From: an uncultured delta proteobacterium
GTDB taxonomy: Bacteria > Myxococcota_A > Polyangia > Polyangiales > Polyangiaceae
NCBI GenBank assembly: GCA_963782055.1
Contig: CAWAIF010000003.1
Coordinates: 4,064,001-4,128,000, forward strand
DNA: 64,000 nt
Reading direction: 5' to 3'
The translations under genes were made by a program, and so were the position numbers. The notes under the pieces were generated by a model that saw only the letters and a list, made by a program, of their open reading frames with translations, ran no database searches and was not told the origin of the DNA. Positions 18,104 through 29,400 of the stretch are shown piece after piece. Numbering within the stretch: position 1 is the stretch's first letter; each line of letters starts with the position of its first letter.

Positions 18104-19341
18104 TGACGACGCCGCGCGATCAGGTTGAGAGGCGCCGCAGACGCATGCTCTGGCTGATCTGCTTTCTGGGCGCCTTCACGCCCAACTGCACGCGCTGCTG
18201 CCCGGACAGCGGCGGGTGCAGCTGCTACTACGCGTGGGAGGACTGCCCGCCGAGCGGCTGCAACGCGTGCAGCTCGTCCCAGTACGACGCCCCGATCGGC
18301 TTCGGCGACAGCGGGACGGCCGCCGCCCCCCCTCCGGCGTCGGCGCAGGCGCAGGCGGGCTCGCTCGTCGCCGCGCCCGCCGACGTCGACGCGTCGGTCT
18401 CTCCGCCGGAGGCGCCGTTCGGGGGCACCCTCGCCTTCGTTCCGCGCGCGGACGGCGCCCTGGTCGTGGCCGCGGTGCGCTCCACCGACACGGTGCGCGT
18501 CTTCCGCGTGACGGCCACGACCGACGACACCGACCCGCTGATCGTCCGGAGTGTCGGCGACGTGGCGATGCAGCGCGGGGACGAGCCCGGCCGCGTGGTG
18601 GTGGACGGCGCGGGGCGCGCACGCGTCCTGTTGCGAAGCGGCGGCGCGGTCGCGACGATCGACCCGGTCACGGCGTCGGTCGTCGACCGGCGCCCGGTGT
18701 GCGCGGCGCCGCGCGGGATGGCGTTCGACCGCGCGCGCGACGCCCTCGACGTGGCGTGCGCCTCCGGCGAGGTGATCACCCTGGAGACCGCCGGCGGCGA
18801 GGAGACGCGCCGGATGGTCGCCGCCGGGCAGCCGCTGGACGACGTGGCGGTCGCCGGCGACGCCGTGGTGGCGAGCGCGGGAGCGCGGATCTTCTTCCTC
18901 GGCCCCGACGGCGCCCTCGCCGCGCGCGATCCGCACGGCGCCGTGGGCGCGATGCGCGCGGGCATCCACCCGAAGGAGGTGGCCGTCGGCTACTCCGGGG
19001 CGGCTGGCGCCGCCTTCGCGCTGCTCGGCTCCGACGGCACGGCGGGGCCCTCGATGCAGGTGAAGGACAGGGCGGCGCCGGTGTCCGATCTGGCGCTGCT
19101 GGACGACGGCACCGTCGCGATGGCGGCGGACGGCGATCCCATGCTGCTCGCGCCGGGCGCGGCGGCCTTCACCGACGTGGGCGGCCCCGGCCTCACGCGG
19201 GCGGTGGCGCTCGCCTCGGTGCGGGGCAAGGACGGCGCGACGCGTCGCGTGCTCGCGCTGCAGACGGAGAAGCCCCGGCTCCTCGTCCTCTTCACCGTCG
19301 ACGGTACCCCCGACATGATCCAGGTCGAGCCGCTGGAGTGA
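18103..19341 (+). CDS. Hypothetical protein: Cys-rich N-terminus + YncE-like beta-propeller
   Basis: TGATG coupling; RRRRR plus hydrophobic stretch; 8-Cys cluster; GDEPGRVV, CAAPRGMAFD, VACASGE. Confidence 0.6.
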   Translation: MTTPRDQVERRRRRMLWLICFLGAFTPNCTRCCPDSGGCSCYYAWEDCPPSGCNACSSSQYDAPIGFGDSGTAAAPPPASAQAQAGSLVAAPADVDASVSPPEAPFGGTLAFVPRADGALVVAAVRSTDTVRVFRVTATTDDTDPLIVRSVGDVAMQRGDEPGRVVVDGAGRARVLLRSGGAVATIDPVTASVVDRRPVCAAPRGMAFDRARDALDVACASGEVITLETAGGEETRRMVAAGQPLDDVAVAGDAVVASAGARIFFLGPDGALAARDPHGAVGAMRAGIHPKEVAVGYSGAAGAAFALLGSDGTAGPSMQVKDRAAPVSDLALLDDGTVAMAADGDPMLLAPGAAAFTDVGGPGLTRAVALASVRGKDGATRRVLALQTEKPRLLVLFTVDGTPDMIQVEPLE

Positions 19342-19365
19342 GGCCTCCGCCCCACGCTGCGCGGC

Positions 19366-20676
19366 TCACTTCACGACGGGGTTGGACGCGACGAAGGGCG
19401 CGCGCACGCGCAGGCGGCTGACGCCCAGCACCGCGGGGATGGGGTCGAAGGGGCTGGCGCGGCGGATGGCGTCGGCGCAGTTGCGATCGAACTCCTCGAC
19501 GCCGCTCGGCCGGAGCGGCGGCCAGGAGACCGTCGCCGTGCCGTCCCTGGCGATGGTGAACTCCAGGATCACCGTGCCCTGCTTCAGCTCCAGGATGGCG
19601 CTCTTGGGGAAGGCGTGCGCCCAGAGCGGCTGGATCTTGGCGTGGATCTTCCGGAAGTAGGGCAAGAGGCGCGGGTCGCTCGTCTCCAGGTCGTAGAGGG
19701 TGCCGTCGCTCAGGCCGAGCGGCGGCGGGTGCGAGCCGGCGCCCGACGCGCCGCCCGCGCCCGGGTCGCCGCCGCCGCCGGTGCCTCCCCCGCCGGGGCC
19801 GCGCGCGCCGCCGGCGTAGCTGCCCTGGACGAGAGAGCGCAGCGCGGTGGCGACGTCCTGCGAGCTGTCGACGTCGTCGCGTGGGAGCGCGTGATCGGTG
19901 GCGGGGATGGAGACGCGGCCGAGCGTGACGTCGGGCCGGGCCCGCGTGGAGGCCGCGCTGCGGCGATGATCCTCGCCCGCGCGGACCCCGTGGACGCCGA
20001 CGCCGGGCGAGCCGACGAGCGCGCCCTCCCGCGCGGCGCCCGGGTCGCGGCGCGTGTCCTCGTCGCCGGACTCCTCACGCATGGCGCCCGGACGCCCGCC
20101 CAGCGCCGAGGCCTCGCCGGAGCGCAGCGCCCCGCGCGACGGGTCGCTCGGGCTCACCGGGCGGCGCTCCTGCCGGATGCCGTGACCGGTGACGATGAAG
20201 GTGAGCTCCATCGGGTGGGTGGTCAGGCGGCGGTCCTCCCAGCTGGCGCGGGAGGTGGCGCTGCGGATGCGCTGGATCTGATCGCGATCGAGGTGGCTCA
20301 CCTCGTCGGTGGTCAGGTGGAGGTACTCGTCGCGATCGCTCAGGTGCGTCGCCTGCGCGACGCTGGTGGCGTCCCCTCCCCGGCCGGCGCGCCCCGTGTC
20401 CAGGCGCGCGACGGTGGCGCCGCCGGAGACGACGGGCTTCTCGCCGGTGCGGTCCACCACGCCGTCGGCCCGAGCCGTCCCCTCCGCCACCACCGGGAGA
20501 TCGATGGGGATGGTGGCCTCGTCCGCGGGCGGGTGGGACCCCGGCGGCGGCGCCATCTGGTGACACTTGTAGAATGCAACGAACCCGAAGGTCCCCAGCA
20601 CGACCGCGTGCACCGCCAGCGAGGCCAGCACGGTCCAGCCTCGAAAGGGCCCGGTCTTGCGGGAGCCATCGGTCAC
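19366..20676 (-). CDS. TonB family protein (N-terminal TM with SxxxH, C-terminal TonB_C)
   Basis: ASLAVH anchor; YFRKIHAKI..W, GTVILEFTI..DG, SG...FD...AIRRASPFDPIP. Confidence 0.85.
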   Translation of the reverse strand: MTDGSRKTGPFRGWTVLASLAVHAVVLGTFGFVAFYKCHQMAPPPGSHPPADEATIPIDLPVVAEGTARADGVVDRTGEKPVVSGGATVARLDTGRAGRGGDATSVAQATHLSDRDEYLHLTTDEVSHLDRDQIQRIRSATSRASWEDRRLTTHPMELTFIVTGHGIRQERRPVSPSDPSRGALRSGEASALGGRPGAMREESGDEDTRRDPGAAREGALVGSPGVGVHGVRAGEDHRRSAASTRARPDVTLGRVSIPATDHALPRDDVDSSQDVATALRSLVQGSYAGGARGPGGGGTGGGGDPGAGGASGAGSHPPPLGLSDGTLYDLETSDPRLLPYFRKIHAKIQPLWAHAFPKSAILELKQGTVILEFTIARDGTATVSWPPLRPSGVEEFDRNCADAIRRASPFDPIPAVLGVSRLRVRAPFVASNPVVK

Positions 20677-20771
20677 GGGTCTACCCCTCAGTTTGCAGTC
20701 GATGGGCCGCAAATGCCACCTCCGGCGGCCCGCGGAGGGCGTGTTCGCGCCTTTCGCGCTACTGTCGGGCC

Positions 20772-21572
20772 GTGACCCCGGCGCTGATCGACACCCACTG
20801 TCACCTCGACCCGCAGTATTTCGCCTCCCCCGACGAGGTGCTCGCCCGCGCACGGGCTGCAGGCGTGGTCGGCTTCGTGGTCATCGGGGTGGGGAGCGAT
20901 CTGGGGCCGGCGCGCGCCGCCGTCGCCCTCGCGGCGTCGCACGCGGGAGAGATGGGCGCGGCGGTGGGGGTGCACCCCCACGACGCGGCCTCCCTGGACG
21001 ACGCCGCGATGCGCGAGCTCGCCGAGCTGGGCGGCAGGCCGGAGGTCGTCGCGGTCGGGGAGATTGGCCTGGACTACCACTACGACCACTCCCCGCGGGA
21101 CGTGCAGCGCGCCGCCTTTGCGCGGCTCGTCGGGCTCGCCCGCGAGCTGGGCAAGCCCATCGTGGTCCACACCCGCGAGGCGGCGGCCGACACGCTGGAG
21201 ATCCTCTCGCGAGAGGGCGCGCGCGAGGTGGGCGGCCTCATCCACTGCTTCAGTGAGGACTGGGACTTCGCCTCCCGCGCGATGGACGTGGACTTCGACG
21301 TCTCATTCTCCGGCATCGTGACCTTCAAGAACGCGCGCGCGGTGCAGGAGGTGGCGGCGCGCGCCCCGGCCGATCGCATCCACGTGGAGACGGACAGCCC
21401 GTACCTCTCCCCGGTGCCGCTGCGAGGCAAGCCGTGCGAGCCGGCGTACGTCGTGCACACCGCGGCGCGCGTCGCCCAGCTCCGCGACGTGCCGGTGGAG
21501 GAGCTCGCGCGCGCCACCCGCGCCAACGCCGCGCGGCGATTCCGCCGCCCCTTCCCGGAGGCCACGTCGTGA
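20772..21572 (+). CDS. tatD: TatD family hydrolase
   Basis: DTHCHL, GVHPH, GEIGLDY, HTRE, HCFS, ETDSPY. Confidence 0.95.
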   Translation: MTPALIDTHCHLDPQYFASPDEVLARARAAGVVGFVVIGVGSDLGPARAAVALAASHAGEMGAAVGVHPHDAASLDDAAMRELAELGGRPEVVAVGEIGLDYHYDHSPRDVQRAAFARLVGLARELGKPIVVHTREAAADTLEILSREGAREVGGLIHCFSEDWDFASRAMDVDFDVSFSGIVTFKNARAVQEVAARAPADRIHVETDSPYLSPVPLRGKPCEPAYVVHTAARVAQLRDVPVEELARATRANAARRFRRPFPEATS

Positions 21573-22138
21573 CCGAGACGGACGAGCGCTTCGCCGCGCT
21601 GCTCGACGATCGCGGCGTGCTGCGCGCCGCCGGGGCGCTCGCCGCGCCGGACCCTGCGTACCGGGTGTTCGGGCAGCGGCCCGACGCGCGCTGCGAGATC
21701 GGCGCGTGGCGGCACAACGCCGAGCGCTTCTTCGGCACCACCGTGGGCCTCACCGTCGACAAGCGCTACGCCGGGTCGTACCCCGACGTGGACGCCGCGC
21801 GCGTCGTCGTCGCGCCCACGAGCGGCGACGTCGGAGGCGTGCGCCTCTGCTACGGTCGCCGCGCCGCTGGCGCCGACTGGGACGCCGCCGAGCGCGCCGA
21901 CGCGCGCGCGGGCACCACCGGCCTCGGCGAGCTGGCGCGCCGCTGCCACGTCGTGTGGCTCGTCGAGCGGCAGGGCCCCGAGGACCCAACCGCGCTGCTG
22001 CTCGCGGCGATCATCGCGAGCGTGCTGCTCGGCCCCATCCTGGACGTCGCGGGGGCCTCCGCCGAGAACGCGGGCGAGCTCTTCGGCGTGCGGACGGCGC
22101 GGCTCAAGCTGGAGGGGGGCTCGGCGCCGTACCGGTAG
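21569..22138 (+). CDS. Hypothetical protein
   Basis: GTGA overlap with tatD; coding-like composition. Confidence 0.6.
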   Translation: MTETDERFAALLDDRGVLRAAGALAAPDPAYRVFGQRPDARCEIGAWRHNAERFFGTTVGLTVDKRYAGSYPDVDAARVVVAPTSGDVGGVRLCYGRRAAGADWDAAERADARAGTTGLGELARRCHVVWLVERQGPEDPTALLLAAIIASVLLGPILDVAGASAENAGELFGVRTARLKLEGGSAPYR

Positions 22139-23486
22139 CTCTAAAGACCGCGCGCGCCGACGCCACCGCCACCACCGCCAGCACACCCGCGCGCACCGCC
22201 CAGTCGCAGGTGGAGCCGAGCCACACGCCGCGCAGGCCCATGTGGGCCTCGATGGCGAGGGCCCACGTGCACGAGAGGCGCACCAGCACCGCCCCCACGA
22301 AGCTCACAGCCAGCACCAGCCGCGTGCGACCCGCGCCGCGCAGCGCCTGGGCCATGACGATCGCGCCGGCCATGAAGGGCTGCGCGATGGCGAGGACCGG
22401 CACCGCGGAGAGGCCGATGCGCACGACGTTCGCGTCGCTGGTGAAGAGCGGCAAGATGACGCTGCGCCCGACGAGGACCAACAGCCCGAGCGTGCTGAGG
22501 ACCGCGATGGCGTCGCGCGTGGCGATGCCCGCGGCGCGCACGGCCTCGCCCGGCCGCCCTGCGCCGAGCTTCTGCGCCACCAGCGTCGCGGCCGCCACGC
22601 CGAAGCCGTCGGCGCTGAGGAAGCAGATGGACTCCACGCTGATGAGCGCCTGGTTGGCCGCCATGCTCGCGTCCCCCAGCCGGCCGATGATGGCGACGTA
22701 GGCCAGGAAGCCCGCGTGGTAGAGCGCGCGCTCCAGCATCGCCGGCCAGCCCACGCCGACGATGGCGCGCAGCTCCGTCCTGGCGCCCCCGGCCGGGCCC
22801 GCGTCCGGCGCGTCCGCGTCGCGCCGCAGGGACACCGCGCGGCCACGCCGCGTGAGGGCGAGCACCGCGAGCAGCGCCTCCAGCCCGAAGGTGAGCGCGG
22901 TGCTGATCGCGCACCCGCGCATGCCGAGCGCCGGGATGCCCAGGCCGCCCAGGATGAGGACGCGGTTCATCGCCACGTGGAGCGCGTTGGCCACCACGCC
23001 GATGGCCAGGGGCGTGCGCGTGTCGCCGGACGCCTGCAGCGTCGCGGTGGCCATCGCCGAGACGTACATGATCGGCGCCGCGAGCAACGTCACGCCCAGG
23101 TACGCGCGCGACTCCTCCAGCACCGCGGGGCTAGCGCGGCTCGACGCCAGCGGCAGCAGCGCCAGCACCACCGGGGAGAGCGCCACCACGACCGAGCCGG
23201 CGGCGATCGCGATCCCCAGCGAGGCGAGCGCGGCGCGACGCGCCCCCGCGCGGTCGCCGGCGCCCACCAGCCGCCCCACCCGCGCCACGGTCCCGACCTC
23301 GAAGGCGAGGAAGACCGAGAAGACGCTCCACTCGACCGGCCCGGCCACCTGCATCGCCGCCAGCGACGCCTCGGAGTGGTGGCCGAGCATGACGCGGTCC
23401 ACCACGAAGACCAGCGTCTGCAGCAGCGAGTGCAGGATCGCCGGAAATGCGAGGCGGCGGACCTCCCCGCGGAGGCCGCCGCGCAT
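22104..23486 (-). CDS. MATE family efflux transporter
   Basis: LAFP..VDRVMLG, GDTRTPL, about 12 TM segments, ALRGAG. Confidence 0.93.
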   Translation of the reverse strand: MRGGLRGEVRRLAFPAILHSLLQTLVFVVDRVMLGHHSEASLAAMQVAGPVEWSVFSVFLAFEVGTVARVGRLVGAGDRAGARRAALASLGIAIAAGSVVVALSPVVLALLPLASSRASPAVLEESRAYLGVTLLAAPIMYVSAMATATLQASGDTRTPLAIGVVANALHVAMNRVLILGGLGIPALGMRGCAISTALTFGLEALLAVLALTRRGRAVSLRRDADAPDAGPAGGARTELRAIVGVGWPAMLERALYHAGFLAYVAIIGRLGDASMAANQALISVESICFLSADGFGVAAATLVAQKLGAGRPGEAVRAAGIATRDAIAVLSTLGLLVLVGRSVILPLFTSDANVVRIGLSAVPVLAIAQPFMAGAIVMAQALRGAGRTRLVLAVSFVGAVLVRLSCTWALAIEAHMGLRGVWLGSTCDWAVRAGVLAVVAVASARAVFRATGTAPSPPPA

Positions 23487-25768
23487 CACACGACGAGATC
23501 GCCGAAGCGGCGGCGCAGCGTCATGCTCGCGGCGTCCGCCGCGCAGTTCGGGCAGTAGGAGAAGCGGGTGATCATCCGCTCGAGCGACTCCTTCGCGGCC
23601 TTCTTGCGCGCGGCGTCCAGGCCGCCGCTGTCCTCGCGCACGTAGAGCACGATGTCGCGCGCGCGGGCGGCGACGAGATCGCGCTTCTCGGAGAAGATGG
23701 AGTCGCGCATGAGCTTCAGGTAGTGGGGGAAGACCACCGACGCGTCCACCCTCGCGCCCGGGTGGTCCAGCGCCCACGCCGCGATGGCGCCGATCATCGC
23801 CTGCCGCGCCTCGCTCGGGTCGCCCTTGACGTCCAGGAGGCGCTCCACCTCGCGCATCAGCTTCTCGTCCGGCTCCTCGTAGTCGCCGGTGACGCGGTTG
23901 CGCACGCGCTCCTTCTTCACCCACATGCTGACGTGCTGCACGTAGCGGTCGAAGAGGTCGGCGTACTGGTCCTCCTCCACCAGGCCGCTCGTCGAGTACA
24001 GCTCGTGCTCCCAGGTGTCGAGCAGCCGCGCGGTGAGCGACTCCAGAAACTGGTTGGTGTCGTGGTAGCCGCCGCCGAGCGGCTCCTGCTGCAGCCACTC
24101 GAACTCGCCGCGGCGGCGGCAGAGCACCTCGATCTCCTCGAGCACGGCCACCGGCGAGAGGCACTGGTAGTGGGTGGACTGGGCCGCATCGAGCAGGATC
24201 ATGCGCATCTCCCGCGGGCTCGCGCCGATGCGCCCCTCGTAGATGGGGTACGAGTCGCTCTCCTCGTAGATGGACGGGATGTTGGCGCGCAGGGTCTTCT
24301 GCGCGTCCCCGTCGAGGCGCTCCGGCGCGCGGCCGGTGGCGTACAGGTCCATCTTCTCCAGGGCTGTCAGCCCGGAGAGCACCGCGCCGAGCGTGCGGCC
24401 GTAGCGCTCTGGCGTCGCCTTGCGCATCCGCGTCAGCACGGCGAACATCGCCGCCATGCGCGTGGCGTGCGGGGCGACGTGGCGCCGCACCTGCGGGGCG
24501 ACGTGGGCGTCGTAGATGGCCTGCTCCTGCACGTACGAGAGCAGGTACGGCGTGCGAATGAGCTCCAGCCGCCCGCGGAAGCTGGCGAACTCGGGGTGCT
24601 CGCGGAAGGCGTCCAGGTGCACCTCGTTGGCGCTGGCGAGCATCACGCAGTTGAGCTGCACGTTCTGCTGCGTGAGCGACACCTCCCCCGTCTCGATGCT
24701 GAGCTGCAGGTACTTGAAGGTGTCCAGCGGGCGCTTGAGCAGGTCGCTGAACTCCAGCACGCCGCCCGCCGCGTCGATGAGCTCGCCCTTCACCTCGTAG
24801 AGGGGCACCGCCTGCAACGAGGGCGGGAGCGCGGCGAGCGAGCGGTCGACGGTGAGCTGGCGCTCGCCCGCGTCGACGCTCATCTGCGGGCCGACGGTGA
24901 CGGCGCCCACGCGGTAGCGCTGCGAGATGAAGTAGCGCTCCACCTCGACGTGCTTGAGCACCTCCTTGTAGGAGCCGTCGTAGGAGGCGAGCAGCGCCTC
25001 GAAGACCTGGGCGGCCTTGTGCGAGAGCTCACCGCGCAGGATCCACTCGGAGGGCGGCTCCGGCTCGCTCCCGGTCGTGCGCTTCGCGGCCTCCCACGCG
25101 CGCTCGAGGAAGCGGCGCCGCTCGTCGAGCGGGAGCAAGAAGAGCGGGTGGTCGCGCACCTCCAGGAGGATCTTGGCGTCGATCTGGTCGTCGGCGAGGT
25201 GGGCGTAGGTGGAGGTGTCCACCTTCGCCGCGTCACCCTTGGCGAAGCCGAGCGCGCCGCGGATGGTCTTGTTGGACGGGAACACCCACACGAAGCGGTA
25301 GAGCGCGCCGTCGTCCTGGTGGGAGTAGTTCTCCATCGCGCGCATCAGGCAGCCGACGATGGTGCTCTTGGCCGACCCGTTCGGCCCGTGGAGCAGCAGC
25401 AGGCGGCCGGGGCGGCCCTCCCGCGCGAAGTTGGAGAGCGCGCGGTACATCTCCCCCTGCACCTGCTCCTGACCGATGAGGGCGCCGCGCGGGAGCGCGC
25501 CGCGCGGGCTGTCCGGCTTCTCCCACGGCAGATCGAAGAGCTTCCAGCGCGTGAACTCGCCCCACGGGTGGTCCACCGTCACCGTGCCGTAGTGGTCGAA
25601 GACGTCGCGCACGTAGCGGCTGGCGTCGCGGGCGTAGCGGACGGGGTCGGTGGCGAAGAGGTCCAGGTACTCGGAGAAGGAGAGGACGCGGCGGCCGGAC
25701 TTGAAGCGGCGCTCGACCTCCTCCGCCATCGACTCGAGCTGCTGAGACAGCGAACGTTCTTCGGTCAT
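23486..25768 (-). CDS. prkA: PrkA/YeaG-family AAA+ serine protein kinase
   Basis: Walker A HGPNGSAKST, HPLFLLP, GVLEFSDLLKRP, PYLL, GASPRE, PDEKLMREVE, YCPNCA. Confidence 0.92.
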   Translation of the reverse strand: MTEERSLSQQLESMAEEVERRFKSGRRVLSFSEYLDLFATDPVRYARDASRYVRDVFDHYGTVTVDHPWGEFTRWKLFDLPWEKPDSPRGALPRGALIGQEQVQGEMYRALSNFAREGRPGRLLLLHGPNGSAKSTIVGCLMRAMENYSHQDDGALYRFVWVFPSNKTIRGALGFAKGDAAKVDTSTYAHLADDQIDAKILLEVRDHPLFLLPLDERRRFLERAWEAAKRTTGSEPEPPSEWILRGELSHKAAQVFEALLASYDGSYKEVLKHVEVERYFISQRYRVGAVTVGPQMSVDAGERQLTVDRSLAALPPSLQAVPLYEVKGELIDAAGGVLEFSDLLKRPLDTFKYLQLSIETGEVSLTQQNVQLNCVMLASANEVHLDAFREHPEFASFRGRLELIRTPYLLSYVQEQAIYDAHVAPQVRRHVAPHATRMAAMFAVLTRMRKATPERYGRTLGAVLSGLTALEKMDLYATGRAPERLDGDAQKTLRANIPSIYEESDSYPIYEGRIGASPREMRMILLDAAQSTHYQCLSPVAVLEEIEVLCRRRGEFEWLQQEPLGGGYHDTNQFLESLTARLLDTWEHELYSTSGLVEEDQYADLFDRYVQHVSMWVKKERVRNRVTGDYEEPDEKLMREVERLLDVKGDPSEARQAMIGAIAAWALDHPGARVDASVVFPHYLKLMRDSIFSEKRDLVAARARDIVLYVREDSGGLDAARKKAAKESLERMITRFSYCPNCAADAASMTLRRRFGDLVV

Positions 25769-25899
25769 CGCGAGGACAAGGTAGCACCGTTGCCCGCCGC
25801 CCGCGTGCCCCCAGCCGGAGCCCGACGCGTCGCGGAGGGCCCGCGGGCAGGGGCGGCACGTGCCGCCCCTTCCAGGCACGTCACGACGTTCACATCCTC

Positions 25900-26376
25900 T
25901 CAGCGCACGGCGACCGGGATGGACAGCTCCTTGGTGTCCAGCATGCAGTTCTGCGTGGAGCAGACGCTCAGCTTGAAGGTGCCGGAGATGGTGACCGCGC
26001 CCTTCTTCTTCGGCTTGAAGTGGAGGGTGAGGTAGCCCACCTTCTCGTTCTTCGGGTCGAGGCGGAAGTCGCCGGCGCGCTTGGAGAAGATGTTCTTGCC
26101 GCCCGCGTCGTGCCCCGCGTACTCCACGCCCGCCACGTCGTTCGCCTTGAACTTGTAGGGGTACTCCTTGTTGACGTGGAAGACCCCGAGGGCCTGAAGC
26201 TTCAGCTCCACCGTGCAGGTGGCGCCGGCGTGACAGGCGCCCTGCGTGTCGGCGAAGACGATGAACTTGTCCGTCTTGGCGACCTGACCTGCCTGCCCGT
26301 CCCCCGCGAGGGTGAGGCCCGCGGCCACCACCAGACCCGAAATAGCTGCGATAGTCTTCTTGGAGAACGTTGCCAT
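25900..26376 (-). CDS. Secreted protein resembling a stand-alone DsbD N-terminal domain
   Basis: Signal peptide; FHVNKEYP; C-terminal SVCSTQNC. Confidence 0.6.
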   Translation of the reverse strand: MATFSKKTIAAISGLVVAAGLTLAGDGQAGQVAKTDKFIVFADTQGACHAGATCTVELKLQALGVFHVNKEYPYKFKANDVAGVEYAGHDAGGKNIFSKRAGDFRLDPKNEKVGYLTLHFKPKKKGAVTISGTFKLSVCSTQNCMLDTKELSIPVAVR

Positions 26377-26381
26377 TGCCC

Positions 26382-27263
26382 TCACCTCGGTTGCGGTTTC
26401 ACGTTCGGTGAAGCGCCGGAGGCCGGCGGCTTCGGGGGTTTGGATGTGGATGCGGACGCCGATGCGGATGATAGCGCAGCCGCTCCGTTGGACGAGGCTG
26501 CCGCGCTGAGATTCACCGTGGCCGGCAGCAGGTAGAGTTCCAGACGCGGACCGGAGGGCATCCACTCCAGGCGGGACGTATCGCCCGGGACGTAGCTCTG
26601 CGGGGCGTCGAAGGGCTCCATGCCGGTAGCCACCGAAGCAAAGGCCATTCCGGTGGCCGAGGTCGTCGCTGCCACGATGCCGATCCCCTGGTCGCGCGGG
26701 TCGTGATTTTTCCAATGATCCACGATACTTCGGACATCAATACGGATCGTCGGACGGCCGGATCCGGTGACCACGGTGGCGGGGGAGCGCTCCTCCTGCA
26801 GGGCAGGCTGCCGCGGCCAGGTGATGGATCGCGCGTCCCACGCCTGGACGACCCGCTCGGCGTGCAGGGAGAAGGGGGTGGGGTCGGCGTCCACCCGCGG
26901 GGCGCGGTCCAGAAGGACGTAGGCCTCCACGACGCGGTCGGCCGGCGTCACGGCCTGCGCGTCGAAGCGCATGAGCAACACGGTGTCGGCCTCCCGCCCC
27001 AGCACGAACTCGCGGGGCACGCGCCCGGAGGTGTCCGCGCGGGAGACGTACGCCATCTCGACGGGGCGGAGCACGACACGCCGGATAGCGGGGTGCGCGA
27101 TGATGGGCGTGCCCTTCGCCTGGCAGCGACCGGCCACACACATGGCCGGGCTCGCGCACTCGCTCGCGCTGACGCACATGCGGTCGCGCGCCACGCACGA
27201 GACGCCCGCGCCGGTCGCAACGGCTGCGCCGAGGAGGACGAGCAGGCGCGTTCTCGCGAGCAT
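26382..27263 (-). CDS. Lipoprotein with Cys-rich N-terminus and DNRLRE-like domain
   Basis: Lipobox [18 protein letters not shown]....ITW..QP..IDV..IV..W..GPRLEL. Confidence 0.7.
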   Translation of the reverse strand: MLARTRLLVLLGAAVATGAGVSCVARDRMCVSASECASPAMCVAGRCQAKGTPIIAHPAIRRVVLRPVEMAYVSRADTSGRVPREFVLGREADTVLLMRFDAQAVTPADRVVEAYVLLDRAPRVDADPTPFSLHAERVVQAWDARSITWPRQPALQEERSPATVVTGSGRPTIRIDVRSIVDHWKNHDPRDQGIGIVAATTSATGMAFASVATGMEPFDAPQSYVPGDTSRLEWMPSGPRLELYLLPATVNLSAAASSNGAAALSSASASASTSKPPKPPASGASPNVKPQPR

Positions 27264-27374
27264 CGGGACGGAGCCTACCACGCGCGCCCGCCGGCTCGCT
27301 CCGGCGGGCGGCGTCTCGCTCCCCCCGCCCGAACGTGGCCCGGGTCGCGTGCGGTATGGTACGACCACACTGCC

Positions 27375-28370
<996 letters not shown>

Positions 28371-28371
28371 C

Positions 28372-29397
28372 ATGACGGTCGAGAGCTCCCCCGCGCCGTC
28401 CACGCAGAAGAAGGGGCGCACCCTCGTCGCGACGGACAAGCTGACGAAGTACTTCCCCGTGCAGCGCGGCCTCTTCGGCCGCTCCACCAAGTACCTGCGC
28501 GCCGTGGAGGACGTGAGCCTGCGCGTGCGCCGCGGCGAGACGCTCGGCCTGGTGGGCGAGAGCGGGTGCGGCAAGAGCACGCTCGGCCGGCTGGTGCTGC
28601 GCCTGCTCGACCCGACCTTCGGCCGCGTCATCTTCGACGGACAGGATCTCTCCCGCATGACGCAGGCGGAGCTGCGCCCCCTGCGCCGGCGCATGCAGAT
28701 CATCTTCCAGGACCCCTACTCCAGCCTCAACCCACGCATGACGGTGCGCGAGATCGTGGGCGAGGCGATCCGCATCTTCAAGCTGGCGGCGACGCGCGCC
28801 GACGAGGAGGCGATGATCGCCGACCTGCTGGGCAAGGTGGGGCTGCGCGCAGAACACATGGACCGCTACCCGCACGAGTTCTCCGGCGGGCAGCGGCAAC
28901 GCATCGGCATCGCCCGCGCGCTCGCGGTGCGGCCGGATTTCATCGTCTGCGACGAGCCCATCAGCGCGCTGGACGTCTCCATCCAGGCGCAGATCGTCAA
29001 CCTGCTCCTCGACCTGCAGGAGCAGATGGGCCTCTCCTACCTCTTCATCTCGCACGACCTGAAGGTGGTGGAGCACATGAGCCACCGGGTGGCGGTCATG
29101 TACCTCGGGCGCGTGGTCGAGTTGGCGACGAGCAAGTCGCTCTACGAGCTGCCGCGCCACCCCTACACGCGCGCGCTGCTGGCGGCCGCGCCCGTCGCCG
29201 ACCCGACGCGCAAGCGCCTCCGCGTGCTGCTGGAGGGAGACCTCCCCTCCCCCATCGACCCGCCCGCCGGCTGCTCCTTCCACCCGCGCTGCCCGCGCGC
29301 CATCCCCGGCACCTGCGACAAGGAAGTCCCGCGGCTGGAGGACGTCGAGTCCGCCGACCGCCACCGCGTCGCCTGCTGGAACCCCCACACGTCCTGA
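28372..29397 (+). CDS. oppF: Oligopeptide/dipeptide ABC transporter ATP-binding subunit (OppF/DppF)
   Basis: [38 protein letters not shown]. Confidence 0.92.
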   Translation: MTVESSPAPSTQKKGRTLVATDKLTKYFPVQRGLFGRSTKYLRAVEDVSLRVRRGETLGLVGESGCGKSTLGRLVLRLLDPTFGRVIFDGQDLSRMTQAELRPLRRRMQIIFQDPYSSLNPRMTVREIVGEAIRIFKLAATRADEEAMIADLLGKVGLRAEHMDRYPHEFSGGQRQRIGIARALAVRPDFIVCDEPISALDVSIQAQIVNLLLDLQEQMGLSYLFISHDLKVVEHMSHRVAVMYLGRVVELATSKSLYELPRHPYTRALLAAAPVADPTRKRLRVLLEGDLPSPIDPPAGCSFHPRCPRAIPGTCDKEVPRLEDVESADRHRVACWNPHTS

Positions 29398-29400
29398 CCC

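Noticed and set aside
22104..22138. Convergent 3' gene overlaps (also 1751-1775)
   Set aside because: Short tail overlaps are common in high-GC genomes
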